Assembly (NCBI RefSeq): GCF_000143415.4
Contig: NW_003314262.1
Span: 6,075,531 to 6,139,530 of the forward strand
DNA: 64,000 bases
DNA from: Selaginella moellendorffii
Taxonomy: Eukaryota; Plantae; Lycopodiophyta
Direction of reading: 5' to 3'
Shown here: positions 1 to 10,163 of the stretch, in pieces
Layout: each line of letters begins with the position of its first letter
Position numbering within the stretch: the first letter of the stretch is position 1
Made by a program: the position numbers and the translations under genes
Notes under the pieces: model-generated
Seen by the model: only the letters and a program-made list of their open reading frames with translations
Database searches by the model: none
Told to the model about the DNA's origin: nothing

Positions 1-1235
1 GTGCTTTAAGCATTTTATGACAGGAAGTCTCCTCTTTAAGCACATATCATTATTTTTATTTCCCCATTTTCACTTTAATAAGTACTGAAATTTTCTTTTT
101 TAATGTTTCTTTATCCACTTTTTCTTTTCCATAATGTTTATTCCTCACTTTTTCTTCTTTGTCCTGATGCTTCAAATATATTTTTCTTTTTCAGAGGGGG
201 TAGAGGGGACAAACATGAGTTTGATTCTGATGATAGACTGAGGATAAGTGAATATGGTAGTGGAGTAAGGACAAATGACATGGATTGTGAAGTGAAGACA
301 AACATGATGAGTCCAAATAAAACATTTTTCTTCAATGTAATAAGGCCAAAGGGATGTTATAGTGAAGTGAAACTAAATATAAATAATAACGTAAGGATAA
401 GCACAACAAATTTGAATGAACCTAATGTTTTAAAACTTTTATTTTCTTTTGAGGAAGGGATGTAGAAGAAGAATAGAGTGAGTTCGACTTCCTATGTGTG
501 CTACTGGACAAGGATAAAAGTCACAAATCCAAGTTAATATAGATTTTGGATATTGATTGAAGGGAAGATGTAAAAGTAGGTTCTACTTATAATCATAAAT
601 CTAAGTTAATGATAGTCTTAAAGGATCATCAATGGATATAATTAAAAACATGATGTATCATTTTTTATAATAGTGTTTTATGGACTGTAATGGCTTTTGA
701 AGTCCTTTATTTTAATTCAAAGTTAATAGCTTTAAAATTGCTTCAAGCATTTGGTAGTTGCACATAAAATTACAATTAATTTATCAAGATTTTGTGCCAT
801 AGTTTTAGGTTTTATCTTAGTCATAACTATTAGTATGTGGGAGCTTTAAATTCTTGTAATAGTTTATAATTGCAACAGAAGCTCCAAATGTTCCACCTAA
901 TTTATCATCATCACATTTTTTATTTTCTAGAGTAAGGTTTATATATATATGTATTAGATAATATGCTAATTATAATACTATAATATATAAACTATCCATT
1001 TGAGACTGAATCTAATCCATTTATTTTGTATATAAAAAAAATTCCTAATTAATATATTTATTCCCATATTCCATAACTTTGCTAGAGACGTGCACATGAT
1101 CCTCCTTGGATCCTATATGATCTCAGTAAACTCACCCAAGCAATGGAATTTGACACGTAAGGCATTGTCACTTGTCCAGAAGTGCTGCAAAGTAGGGAGA
1201 GTTTCCCAGTCGCTGGAGATGAAGTGGATTAGTTC

Positions 1236-2232
1236 CTGCTAACTCCCAGCAATCCCGAGTGGCTACACGCGAAGAGAACGCACAGCAGAGTTATGTCGTC
1301 AGCTCGAACTCCATCCAGAGTCATGGAGTGGAAGAGCTCGAGAGCGAATTTCCAGCAACCATCTGCCGAGTTTGAGGCAATTATCGTGTTCCAAGACTCC
1401 GCTCGGGAAGCTTGTCAAATAGCTTCTTTGCTTGCTGGAAATGCCCATTTTGAGCGTAGGCTGCCACCATAGCTTTCAAGGAGACGATGTCTTCTCGGAC
1501 TTTGCAGTGGTATGGACGTCCCTACGGAAGATTGATCCACAACACCTTGTTCCTGAGCGCCATCTCCTCGAAAATCTCCCTCACCTCTCCGACAGATCCA
1601 TTGGCGACGCATCTGGCGAGCATCACATTGAACGAACAGAGATTTATCTCAGGCATCGAGTCGAAGATCGCCCTCGCGGCCACGATTGGCGTGGAGAGTG
1701 AGCAAACTCGTCCATGAAACGATGTTCTTGCGGGGCATCGATTGGAAAAAAATCTACCGTGAGATCGTGGAGACCGGTGTTGGCGTAAGCCGCGAGCATC
1801 GCATCCCACGAGACGAGCGTGTGGTGTTCCATTTGATCGAAGAGCTGCTTGCATATCTCGAGAGCATTACATTCCACAACTGGACGTTCCTGCTAGGCCT
1901 CAGATCAAACGCTTTCGATACGAGTAGGCACGTAGGTGGAGATCACGACGCAACGTTTTTGTGAGGCATTTGTCAAAGATCTCTCGGGCTACTTCCAAGT
2001 TCCCGTTATGGGCAACTGTCAATAGCGTTGTCGACGAGACAACATCCGCTCCATCAAAAAATCCAACGACCATAACCGAAGTCCTTTCTGGCATCCTTCG
2101 GACTTTATCCATTTGCCCTTTCTGGGAAAATGGATATCTTGAGTCAATCGCAGTTCAAGAGACGCTACTGGGTTCTTGGATTGATCGTCTCGGGTATATG
2201 CAGTGATCATGACCGTTTTGACGAGGTTCTCC
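1236..2232 (-). pseudogene. PLS-class PPR pseudogene; inverted, internally deleted copy of the PPR gene at 10164-12401
   Basis: Reverse complement matches the 10164 gene in blocks (e.g. ~1255-1390 vs ~11950-12085; ~1520-1850 vs ~11250-11570). Frameshifts, stops and missing motifs; ORF pieces such as MEHHTLVSWDAMLAAYANTGL. Confidence 0.9.
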
Positions 2233-2300
2233 TGTTCTCTTTTTTAAAAGCATTAGAACGGTGACTTATTTTGTACAAATGTATTTTCCTCAACTATAAC

Positions 2301-3194
2301 TTACTTGATGGCCAATTTCCCGAAGTTAGTATACCAGCTATACTTGTTCATGGTGAGCTTATCCACTGGGGAGCAAGCAGCAGCCTTGAATTGTATCACC
2401 ACTAAAGTTTGGTTGTCTTTATTAAACTCACTTAACATACCACATTCTTTGGCAGCCCTTTGCAGATATTTTTTATTCTTGCTCATCAGCTCATCCTCCA
2501 ACAACAGCTTTTCCATCTTCCACTGTGCACGAAACATATCCACGCCATCAGAAGCAAGCACAAGAAACCCACATCCTTGTGGTATCTCAAACTCCACAAT
2601 GTCTGGAACTGGGCTCACAGCTTGTTCTTCAGCTCCAAACTTTTTGTTAGACTTGAAACATCGATCTCCCAGTGATCTTGTCATGGCAAGCTGCCATATG
2701 TGTACGCCCTGTTGAACGATAGACTTGTTAGCCGTGAGGGAACCTCCGGCTCTTCGAACCCGATCCATCTCCCCTGGGTAAGAGTGCTTGTGATCTTCCG
2801 TGAGTTTGATCCACGTTCCATCCTGTTGCAGCAGCATAGCAAATGAATCCCCGACGCTTGCAACAAAAACTTTGGTGGCGGTGATCAAAGCCACTGTTGC
2901 TGTTGTTCCACTGGTGCCCCTTCTGATTAACAAGCGCTCTAGCTCCATGAACACCTGGTGCAAGCTCTCTGCGTAGTTACCGCGATGGAAATCTCGGTTT
3001 GATGCCAAGAGGCTGCCAATCTTCTCTTTGACATAGATGGCAGCCGAGTTGCCACCATGTCCATCGTAAACGCCAATAAGCGACGCACCGCTACCAACGA
3101 TACTCTCCATGGAACACGTATCTTCCATTGCCCGTCGCTGACCCTTCTCCATGAAGCCCAAAACTTTGACACGAACGTCTTCGAAGGATTCCAT
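2301..3194 (-). CDS. Protein phosphatase 2C (PPM family), single exon, ~297 aa
   Basis: Motifs MED, YDGHGG, GTTA, GDS, DHK, LAMTRSLGD, LASDG, DNQT. First ATG at 3194; the ORF track starts at GTG 3221. Confidence 0.9.
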   Translation of the reverse strand: MESFEDVRVKVLGFMEKGQRRAMEDTCSMESIVGSGASLIGVYDGHGGNSAAIYVKEKIGSLLASNRDFHRGNYAESLHQVFMELERLLIRRGTSGTTATVALITATKVFVASVGDSFAMLLQQDGTWIKLTEDHKHSYPGEMDRVRRAGGSLTANKSIVQQGVHIWQLAMTRSLGDRCFKSNKKFGAEEQAVSPVPDIVEFEIPQGCGFLVLASDGVDMFRAQWKMEKLLLEDELMSKNKKYLQRAAKECGMLSEFNKDNQTLVVIQFKAAACSPVDKLTMNKYSWYTNFGKLAIK

Positions 3195-3292
3195 TGCTTT
3201 TCCCCACACCCTAAAAGCCACACTATTTAAAAGGGACTGGATGGATTAGGGCTTGTTGGCAATTTTATTTGGAGGTTTAGGGTTTTTTGGCG

Positions 3293-4525
3293 ATGGCATT
3301 AGCGGGCTATGGCTCGGCGCTCGCGATTCCAGCGCCACGCTGCTGGAGAAGGCGCTGTGGCGGGATTGTCCACGCATCAGCGTCTCCACCACCTCCAGGT
3401 GATTCCCAGCGGCTGCGCATTCTCGAATCTCTCGGAGAAGTGAGCAGCTCTTTGATCGCATTGTCCGAGGCCATGGCGAAGGCGTCATCGGCGATACAGC
3501 AGCTAGCGCAAGCGATCCGGGACGATGCTGGCGTGGGAGTGGAATCTTACGTCTCGGATGTGGGGGATAATCGTCCCGGAATTGGTAGTGATAAGGAAAC
3601 AACACTGCGATTGCCATCGCAAGATATACAAGATCGCAATACTCTTAGCCATGGCTTGGCATTCCGGCTCCAACAATCTTTCTTGCAGATGCGACTGGAA
3701 GGCCTTGGTAAGCCTTTCGAGGTATTTTTTTTTCTTTAGTTTATATTTTTTGGTTTTTTTCTCTCGAAACTAATTCATTGGCTTTTGTTTTGCAGCTTGC
3801 GGCTGAAGAATTCGTGAGTGCCTGTATTGAAGCACACCAGTCCTCGATCGCCATGGAGGAATTGCAACTGCAACTTATTCTTGCTGATGGCGCGCTCTCG
3901 GGTGTGTTTGCGATCCAAACCGATGATCCAAAGGCGAGCTATCTTATGAGCGAGGTAAATGGTAATAGTCTTTTTCTTTTTCTTGTCCGACGAGCTTTGT
4001 TGCTACAGGAAGCTCGACTTCGTGCAGCCTGGATCCGATATGTCTATGTCACAATCTCCGAAGTACCAGTACTTGTGTTAAGAAAAACCTCTTACGTGTT
4101 TTCTCTTTTTGTGTCTTGTCACAGGTTAATGCGAGACAAAATCAAACAACTGGACCGAGATCAAATGCAACAGACCCCGAAGATGACGAAACAACTGGAC
4201 TGGGATCCAAATCAACAGTGAAAGATGACGATCCGTCCAACGTTTTTGTTAAGCAGGTAATCTGTTCTCTTCAAGAGCTCATCCAACGCTTTCTCTCCAT
4301 TCAAGGTGATTAAGGGTGCAGTGGACGAAGGCTACAACCTTGCGAAGCTGAAGCTTGAACAGGTCGATCTCGTTCTTTTCTCTTGAGCACTAATTTTTTT
4401 ACCGTGTGCTATGGATGTATGGTATCTAGGAATACTCCGGCCCGCCGCAGTCACCATCTGTTAGAACCCTGCGCCAAAGCAATTTTTTGATCCTGCTAGC
4501 TTTCGAGATCTTCTCTCGCAAGTGA
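3293..4525 (+). CDS. Uncharacterised protein with a probable chloroplast transit peptide, 6 exons
   Basis: GT-AG phase-0 model keeps the frame open to TGA 4523-4525: exons 3293-3721, 3796-3954, 4009-4062, 4125-4256, 4306-4362, 4430-4525. N-terminus is Ala/Ser/Arg-rich. Confidence 0.7.
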
Positions 4526-5450
4526 GGTCTGTCTGACGACAGTGGAGTAGTAAGTAAAGAGAACTCCAATTTTTGTTTGTGCATACTAACTTGCCAGGAG
4601 CCCCATTGTCATAATCAGGGAATAGCAAAGACATCAACATCCAAGAAGGAGATATATTACCGAACAAAAGAAGTCCAAGCCTTCCAGGCAAGCTCTCTTT
4701 CGCTGGTCTAAAGGTAAACTCTGGACGATGCCCATTGCGATTCACAAAAATTTCTCTTTTAGGTGGCCATTCAGTCCATCCACAAACGTTGGCCGAATCT
4801 CTTACAGCATGGAACGCTTAGGCCAAGTTTGACAAAAAAATGGAACCTCGGTTTTCAAGGGTTTGGTGAGTTTTTTTTATCACAAGCACAAACACATGGC
4901 AAAAAGAAAGCCCGAGATTATGCCTGGGATTTTGGAGCTGTCACTGTTGGGGCTCAGACCAACCAGGGAAAAAAGGTCCAGGCCAGCCCAGAAAGCAAGA
5001 AAACAGTGTAGGCCTCTTTAAAGTCTGTGGGGGAAGCAATTTGACACTCACCCAGACACACACACACAAAAATGACAGACCCAGAAAGGGAAGGGGCATA
5101 AAAAAAATATCGAGAATATCGATTAATTTCAATGGTTTTAGAAAGCAAATTTGAAATGGATTTTCTTGTCAAGAATCAAGATGGACCCGCACAGCCTTTT
5201 TGCTGGAGCGCAATTCCGCCTCGTGCATTTTTGTTTCGTGTTGGGCGCGTCTGTATTTTGCCCCCGGCGACCCCACTCCACGCACCAGCGAGTCCTCTTT
5301 TGCGAAAAGCATGTCTCCGAGAAACCATCCCCCAATCATTTTTCCAGCCAAAATCACGTAAAAATTTCCCCCATTCCGCCTTGATCAATCAAAGGCTAAC
5401 TCCACTCCTTTCTCAATCAATCCACATTTGTAAAACTTTTTACAAGGGAT

Positions 5451-5522
5451 AGAGAGAGAGAGAGAGAGGGGGGGGGGGGCGCGTTTCTTCTATCACACTC
5501 TCTCTCTCTCTCTCTCTCTCTC
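5451..5522. repeat. (AG)n, poly-G and (TC)n microsatellites; the AG and TC tracts are in inverted arrangement
   Basis: Seen directly, downstream of the SPL stop. Confidence 0.85.
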
Positions 5523-5814
5523 CAAATTCCTATCTCTCCAATCTCCATCTCTCCATTGTTGTTGTCCTCTCATCCCCAGATTCCAGAAAACCACACTAGA
5601 TCTGTACACTCACACTCCATAACCACATGAAGCAAGTACAGCATGTACACATTGCAATCCCTCCAATAAATCACAAGGAATGCAGCGCTTTGCGTTGCTG
5701 CGTACTAACGCAACAGGCAATCGCTGCCGAAAAGATGGCATCATAAATCTATGCCCATCTGGCTTGAACTGATCCACCCATGGTTCCAAAGTTCTTGTTG
5801 GTCGGACCTTGGAT

Positions 5815-5943
5815 CTAGAGTTGCGATCTAGAGTGGACCAGCATGTCCAATCCCTGCGAAGTGGACGCCCCCTGTACGAAGAAGTGGGGCGGGATCTGGA
5901 GCAGCGAATCGAAGCTGGGCGATGCGCGCCTGGTGTAGTGATC

Positions 5944-5974
<31 letters not shown>

Positions 5975-7024
5975 TTACCATTGGTGGTGGTGGTGGTGGC
6001 GGTGATTCCAAATCCAGGAGACGAAGAAGAAGCCACTACTGGCAGAGATGAAGATGATGCCGCGCTCGATGATCTCTGCCCGGCTGACAGAAGAGAGAGA
6101 GCACCGCCTTGCGAAGATGTGTTGCTGTTGCAAAGCGGTGGAGGAGGGGGGAGGGGAGGGAGGAGGAAGGAGGAAGAGGTGGAGGAGGACGGGGAGCAAG
6201 AGGAGGAGCTCTTGAGGAACTGGATGAGCTGCTGGTGCTGCTGGGTGATGTCGTAGAGGCTGGCGCCGTGGAGGGCCTGGTAGATCTGGGACGAGGACGA
6301 AGAGGGCGATAGGATCTTGGAGTCCTGGTGGTGGTGGTGCTGCTGCTGGTGTTGATCCGGCCAGCTGCTCAGGAACGATCCATCCAGGACGTGGCGCTGG
6401 TGGTGGTGGTCGTGTTGGATCTGGACAGTGGGCTTGTAATCCCCTGAGAGAAACACCCAAATCAGTGGGAATGGAAAAAACGATCACTCTCTCTCGTACC
6501 TGGAAAGATGCCCAGCTTCCCGGAAGAAACGATCGCCAGCCCCGACTCGATGATCTGCGTGGGCTTCCTCCGCCGCTCGTTGTGCCCCGCCAGCCTCTTC
6601 CGGCAGCTCCTCTTGCCATCGTCAAACTCCTCGAGGACATGAAACCTGGAAGAAGAAGAAGAAGAGATAGGCAACGATGAGAACAAGCGTTCTTGCCATA
6701 GCCACGCGACCTAAAACCTTGCTCTCACCGGCTACACTGCTGGCAGAACCGCTTCTCGATCCCGTCCACCACGCTCTTGGGCGTCTTGGAGTGGACCTCG
6801 CACACGCGATGCCGCCGGTGGTAGCCCTTGGATCCCCGCAAATCGGTGCCGCATCCCTCGACCTGGCACACGGGCGCTACCTGCGGCTGCGACGGCCCGC
6901 GCTGCTTCTTCCTCCCCACCATTGCCCCGCCGCCGCCGCCACGATCAGCCACGAACACCTCTCCTCCAGCTCCAGCGCCTGGAAATCCACGCTTCTCCGC
7001 GAAGCTCGGCTCCTGCCGCTGCAT
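5815..7024 (-). CDS. SPL: SQUAMOSA promoter-binding-like (SBP-box) transcription factor, 3 exons
   Basis: SBP domain CQVEGC...[13 protein letters not shown]...RFCQQCSR|[27 protein letters not shown]. Exons 7024-6729, 6645-6500, 6443-5815 with the conserved SBP intron position. Confidence 0.95.
6085..6104 (-). promoter_or_regulatory. miR156 (and overlapping miR529-type) target site in SPL exon 3
   Basis: mRNA-sense GTGCTCTCTCTCTTCTGTCA, encoding ALSLLS. Confidence 0.95.
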
Positions 7025-7475
7025 AATATCGCGATTCCAGCCCCCACGCGACGCGATTCGGCGATCGAGGCGCCAAGAGCACGCGCTAGAGCGCTAGATT
7101 CTGGGAGACAAGGAAGAAATCTCTCTCTTCGCGTGTCACTTCAGCCGATCAAACCCTGGATCGATGGAGTGCGCTGGGGTGGATCTCTGCGATTGGCGGA
7201 GCTCCAAGAATCCTCGCGTCCAGTGGACCGCGACGATCCATCCACCATCGCGCATTTTCTCTCTCTCCCACAGACACTCAATTATCCCGCCTCGAACAAA
7301 GGGCCGCCGCCTACACAGCTACTATATAGCCAGTCATCCTTTCAAACTTCCACAGGTCGGGGGGTCGATTCCTGTCAGCGAATGTGCCACGAGAATATTC
7401 CGCTCATTTTAAAATTTGAAGGTTCTCACACGGGTTCTCTTTTTCTGTGCGTTTGGTTCACCAAAACCGTGAGCA

Positions 7476-7893
7476 AAGTTTCAAGCTCGATCGCAAACTT
7501 CTTCCACTCCAGACCAGCCCGATCGCGATCGACCAAAACTGTAAAGTTTCAGGCTTGATCGCTAACTTCAGACCAGCCCAATCGCGATCGACAAAAAACT
7601 GTGACCAAAGTTTCAAGCTTGATCGCTAACTTCTTCCACTCCAGACCAGCCTGATCGTGATCGACCAAAAGTGCGACCAAAGTTCCAAGCTTGATCGCTA
7701 ACTTCTTCCGCTCCAGACCAGGCCTATAGCGATCGACCGAAGCTGTGACCAATTCAAGCTTGATCGCTAACTTCTTCCGCTCCACACCAGGCCGATAGCG
7801 ATCGACCAAAGCTGTGACCAAAGTTTCAAGCTTGACCGCTAACTTCTTCTGCCACTCCAGACCAGGCCGACCGCGATCGAAACCAAAAATCCA
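7476..7893. repeat. Tandem repeat, 6 copies of a ~64-74 bp unit
   Basis: Unit approx. AAAGTTTCAAGCTTGATCGCTAACTTCTTCCACTCCAGACCAGCCNGATCGCGATCGACCAAAACTGTGACC, starting at ~7476, 7543, 7607, 7679, 7751 and 7820. Confidence 0.93.
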
Positions 7894-7908
7894 AGCTTTC
7901 GACCGTGA

Positions 7909-10086
7909 TCAGCCACTGTAGATGCTGGAGAGGAGGAGATATGGAGCGGCATCGCCCGGCTCCGATCTTGCCAAGCTCTCGGCCACCGGCATGGCTCGCC
8001 GCTCGTCTCCCTGAGCCCGGCACGAATCCAGCAGCGCCGTCCAGACGATCGAGTCCGCCACAAACGGCATCGTCTTGCTCAGCTCCTCGGCCCGCCCGAG
8101 CTGCCCCGCGCGTCCCAGCACGCTCACCATGCACCGGAAGTGCGCCTGCTTTGGAGCCACTCCGTGATCGCCCTCCATCGCCAGGAACAATCCCCGGCCC
8201 CTCTCCACCAGCCCCTTGTGTATGCACGCCGAGAGCATGGCGATCGTCGTCACCGCGTCCGGCTTGAATCCCTCCAAGCTCATCGCCTTCCACAGCTCCA
8301 CCGTCTCCTGCTGCTGCTCGCCACCATGGAGCGCGTACGCCGCGATCATGTAGTTCCACGCCACTGTATCCCACTCGGGGAGCTCCGCGAAGAGCTTCCG
8401 CGCCGCTGGGACGTCCCCGCTCTTGGCCAGCGTCGAAAGCAGCAGCGTCCACGACACGGCATTCCTCTCCGGCATGGAATCAAAGAGGAGCTTTGCCTGC
8501 TCCCAGTGCCCGTTCTGATCGTAGGCCGCCACCATCGCGTTCCAGGACACCACATTCCACTCGGGCATCCGGGCGAAGTAGTCCCAGGCCTGCGCGAGGT
8601 CGCCGTTCTGTCCATAGCCCGCCAACATCGTGTTCCAGGACACCACGTCGTGATGGGTCATGCTCTGGAACAAGCTCCGGGCTTGCTCCATATGCCCGGC
8701 TTGAGCATAGGCCGTGATCATCGCGGTTCTCGACACCAAGTTGGCCTCGGGCATCCGATCAAAAACCGATTTTGCGAGCTCCACCTCACCGCTCTGGACG
8801 TAGGCGTAGAGCAGCGACGTCCAGGAGACGATGTTCCTCCTCGGCATCCGCTCGAACACCCCCCTGGCCTCCTCGACATGCCCGTTCTGGGCATACACCG
8901 TGATCATGCTGCTCCACGAAACCACGTCCCTGTTGGGCATCGCGCGGAAGAGCTCCCGCGCCTCGTCCACCAGCCCGTACTGGCCCTTCGCCGCGATGAT
9001 CACGTTCCAGGAGGTAGTTATCCTCTCGGGCATCCGGTCGAAGAGCGCCGAGGCCTCGTCGATCCGGCCGTGTGCTGCGTAGGCCTGGATCATCGTGTGC
9101 CAGGAGATGCAGTTCTTGTGCGGCATCCGATCGAAAACGTCCCTGGCCTCCTGGAGGTGGCCTCTCTGCGCGAAAGCCGAGATCATCAGGTTCCAGGACG
9201 TGGAGTTCTTGTCCGACATCGCGTCGAACAAGACTCTCGCTTGCTCCAGCTCGCCGTTTTGGATGTAGCCATTGATCATCGAGTTCCAGGACGTGGAGTT
9301 CTTCGCGGGCATCTCGTCAAACATGAGCCTGGCCTGGATCAAGCACCCGGCTTGAGCGTAGCCCGCCACCATCGCGTTCCAGGCGGCCACATCCGGCTGT
9401 GGCATCAGCTCGAAGAATCTCCTTGCCTCGTCCAGGAAGCCATTCTCGGCGAAGGCCGTGACCATCGTCGTCCAGGACACCACATCCTTCTCGGGCATCA
9501 TCCTGAAGAAGACCCTCGCCTCGAGCAAATGCCCGTTCTGGGCATACGCCGCGAGAAGCGCGTTCCACGAGACAGTGTCGGGCTCCGGCATCGCCTTGAA
9601 CATCACCCGCGCCTCCTGGAGATGCCCGATCTGGGCATACACCGTGATCATCGTGTTCCAGCTCACGGCATCCTTCTCGGGCATCCGATCGAAGACGTTC
9701 CTGGCGCCGTGGGGGTCGCCGTTGAGCGCGTGCGCGGAGATGAGGATGTTCCAGGAGAAGAGATTGGGTTCCGGGATGGCGTCGAAAACCCGGCGCGCAT
9801 CCTCGAGGCTCCGGCACTTGCCATACATGCCGATGAGGAGATTGGCGAGGTGCTTGTTGTGGCTGTGCTCGCTGGCGCGAATGCGGGCGTGGACGCGCTT
9901 CCCGGCCTCGAGATCCTTGGAGCTGCTGCAAGATTTCACGAGCCGGACGAATTCCGCGTGCTGCGAGGCGGAATCGATCGATACCTGACCTGGCGATTTC
10001 TTCTTGGCGCCGGGATACCGCGGCCGGCGCTCAACTAGCTGCGAGGTCGCGGATCCGGTTGGGGCGGCGAGGAATCCATGGAGCAT
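7909..10086 (-). CDS. PLS-class PPR protein (long run of 31-aa S motifs, E domain, no DYW), 725 aa
   Basis: LIGMYGKC..., repeated VSWN.MI..YAQ.G....A...F..MP, C-terminal WTALLDSC...APYLLLSSIY*. Confidence 0.95.
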   Translation of the reverse strand: MLHGFLAAPTGSATSQLVERRPRYPGAKKKSPGQVSIDSASQHAEFVRLVKSCSSSKDLEAGKRVHARIRASEHSHNKHLANLLIGMYGKCRSLEDARRVFDAIPEPNLFSWNILISAHALNGDPHGARNVFDRMPEKDAVSWNTMITVYAQIGHLQEARVMFKAMPEPDTVSWNALLAAYAQNGHLLEARVFFRMMPEKDVVSWTTMVTAFAENGFLDEARRFFELMPQPDVAAWNAMVAGYAQAGCLIQARLMFDEMPAKNSTSWNSMINGYIQNGELEQARVLFDAMSDKNSTSWNLMISAFAQRGHLQEARDVFDRMPHKNCISWHTMIQAYAAHGRIDEASALFDRMPERITTSWNVIIAAKGQYGLVDEARELFRAMPNRDVVSWSSMITVYAQNGHVEEARGVFERMPRRNIVSWTSLLYAYVQSGEVELAKSVFDRMPEANLVSRTAMITAYAQAGHMEQARSLFQSMTHHDVVSWNTMLAGYGQNGDLAQAWDYFARMPEWNVVSWNAMVAAYDQNGHWEQAKLLFDSMPERNAVSWTLLLSTLAKSGDVPAARKLFAELPEWDTVAWNYMIAAYALHGGEQQQETVELWKAMSLEGFKPDAVTTIAMLSACIHKGLVERGRGLFLAMEGDHGVAPKQAHFRCMVSVLGRAGQLGRAEELSKTMPFVADSIVWTALLDSCRAQGDERRAMPVAESLARSEPGDAAPYLLLSSIYSG

Positions 10087-10163
10087 GCTGGCGCCCTCTC
10101 ATGGCCGCGGCGACGAGACCCCAAGAACCCTAAAAAACAGAGGAAATAGAAAGAGATGGTTCC

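Noticed and set aside
103-1100. ORF 103-465 and the AT-rich flank
   Set aside because: No ATG-to-domain evidence; probably decayed TE sequence that I cannot classify.
7476-7893. CRISPR-like repeat array
   Set aside because: Units are contiguous with no unique spacers, there are no cas genes, and the context is eukaryotic.
8140-10038. 632-aa + strand ORF and similar long antisense ORFs (16906-17859, 11418-12209, 6677-7558)
   Set aside because: Antisense shadows of GC-rich PPR/SPL coding sequence with no domain signal of their own.
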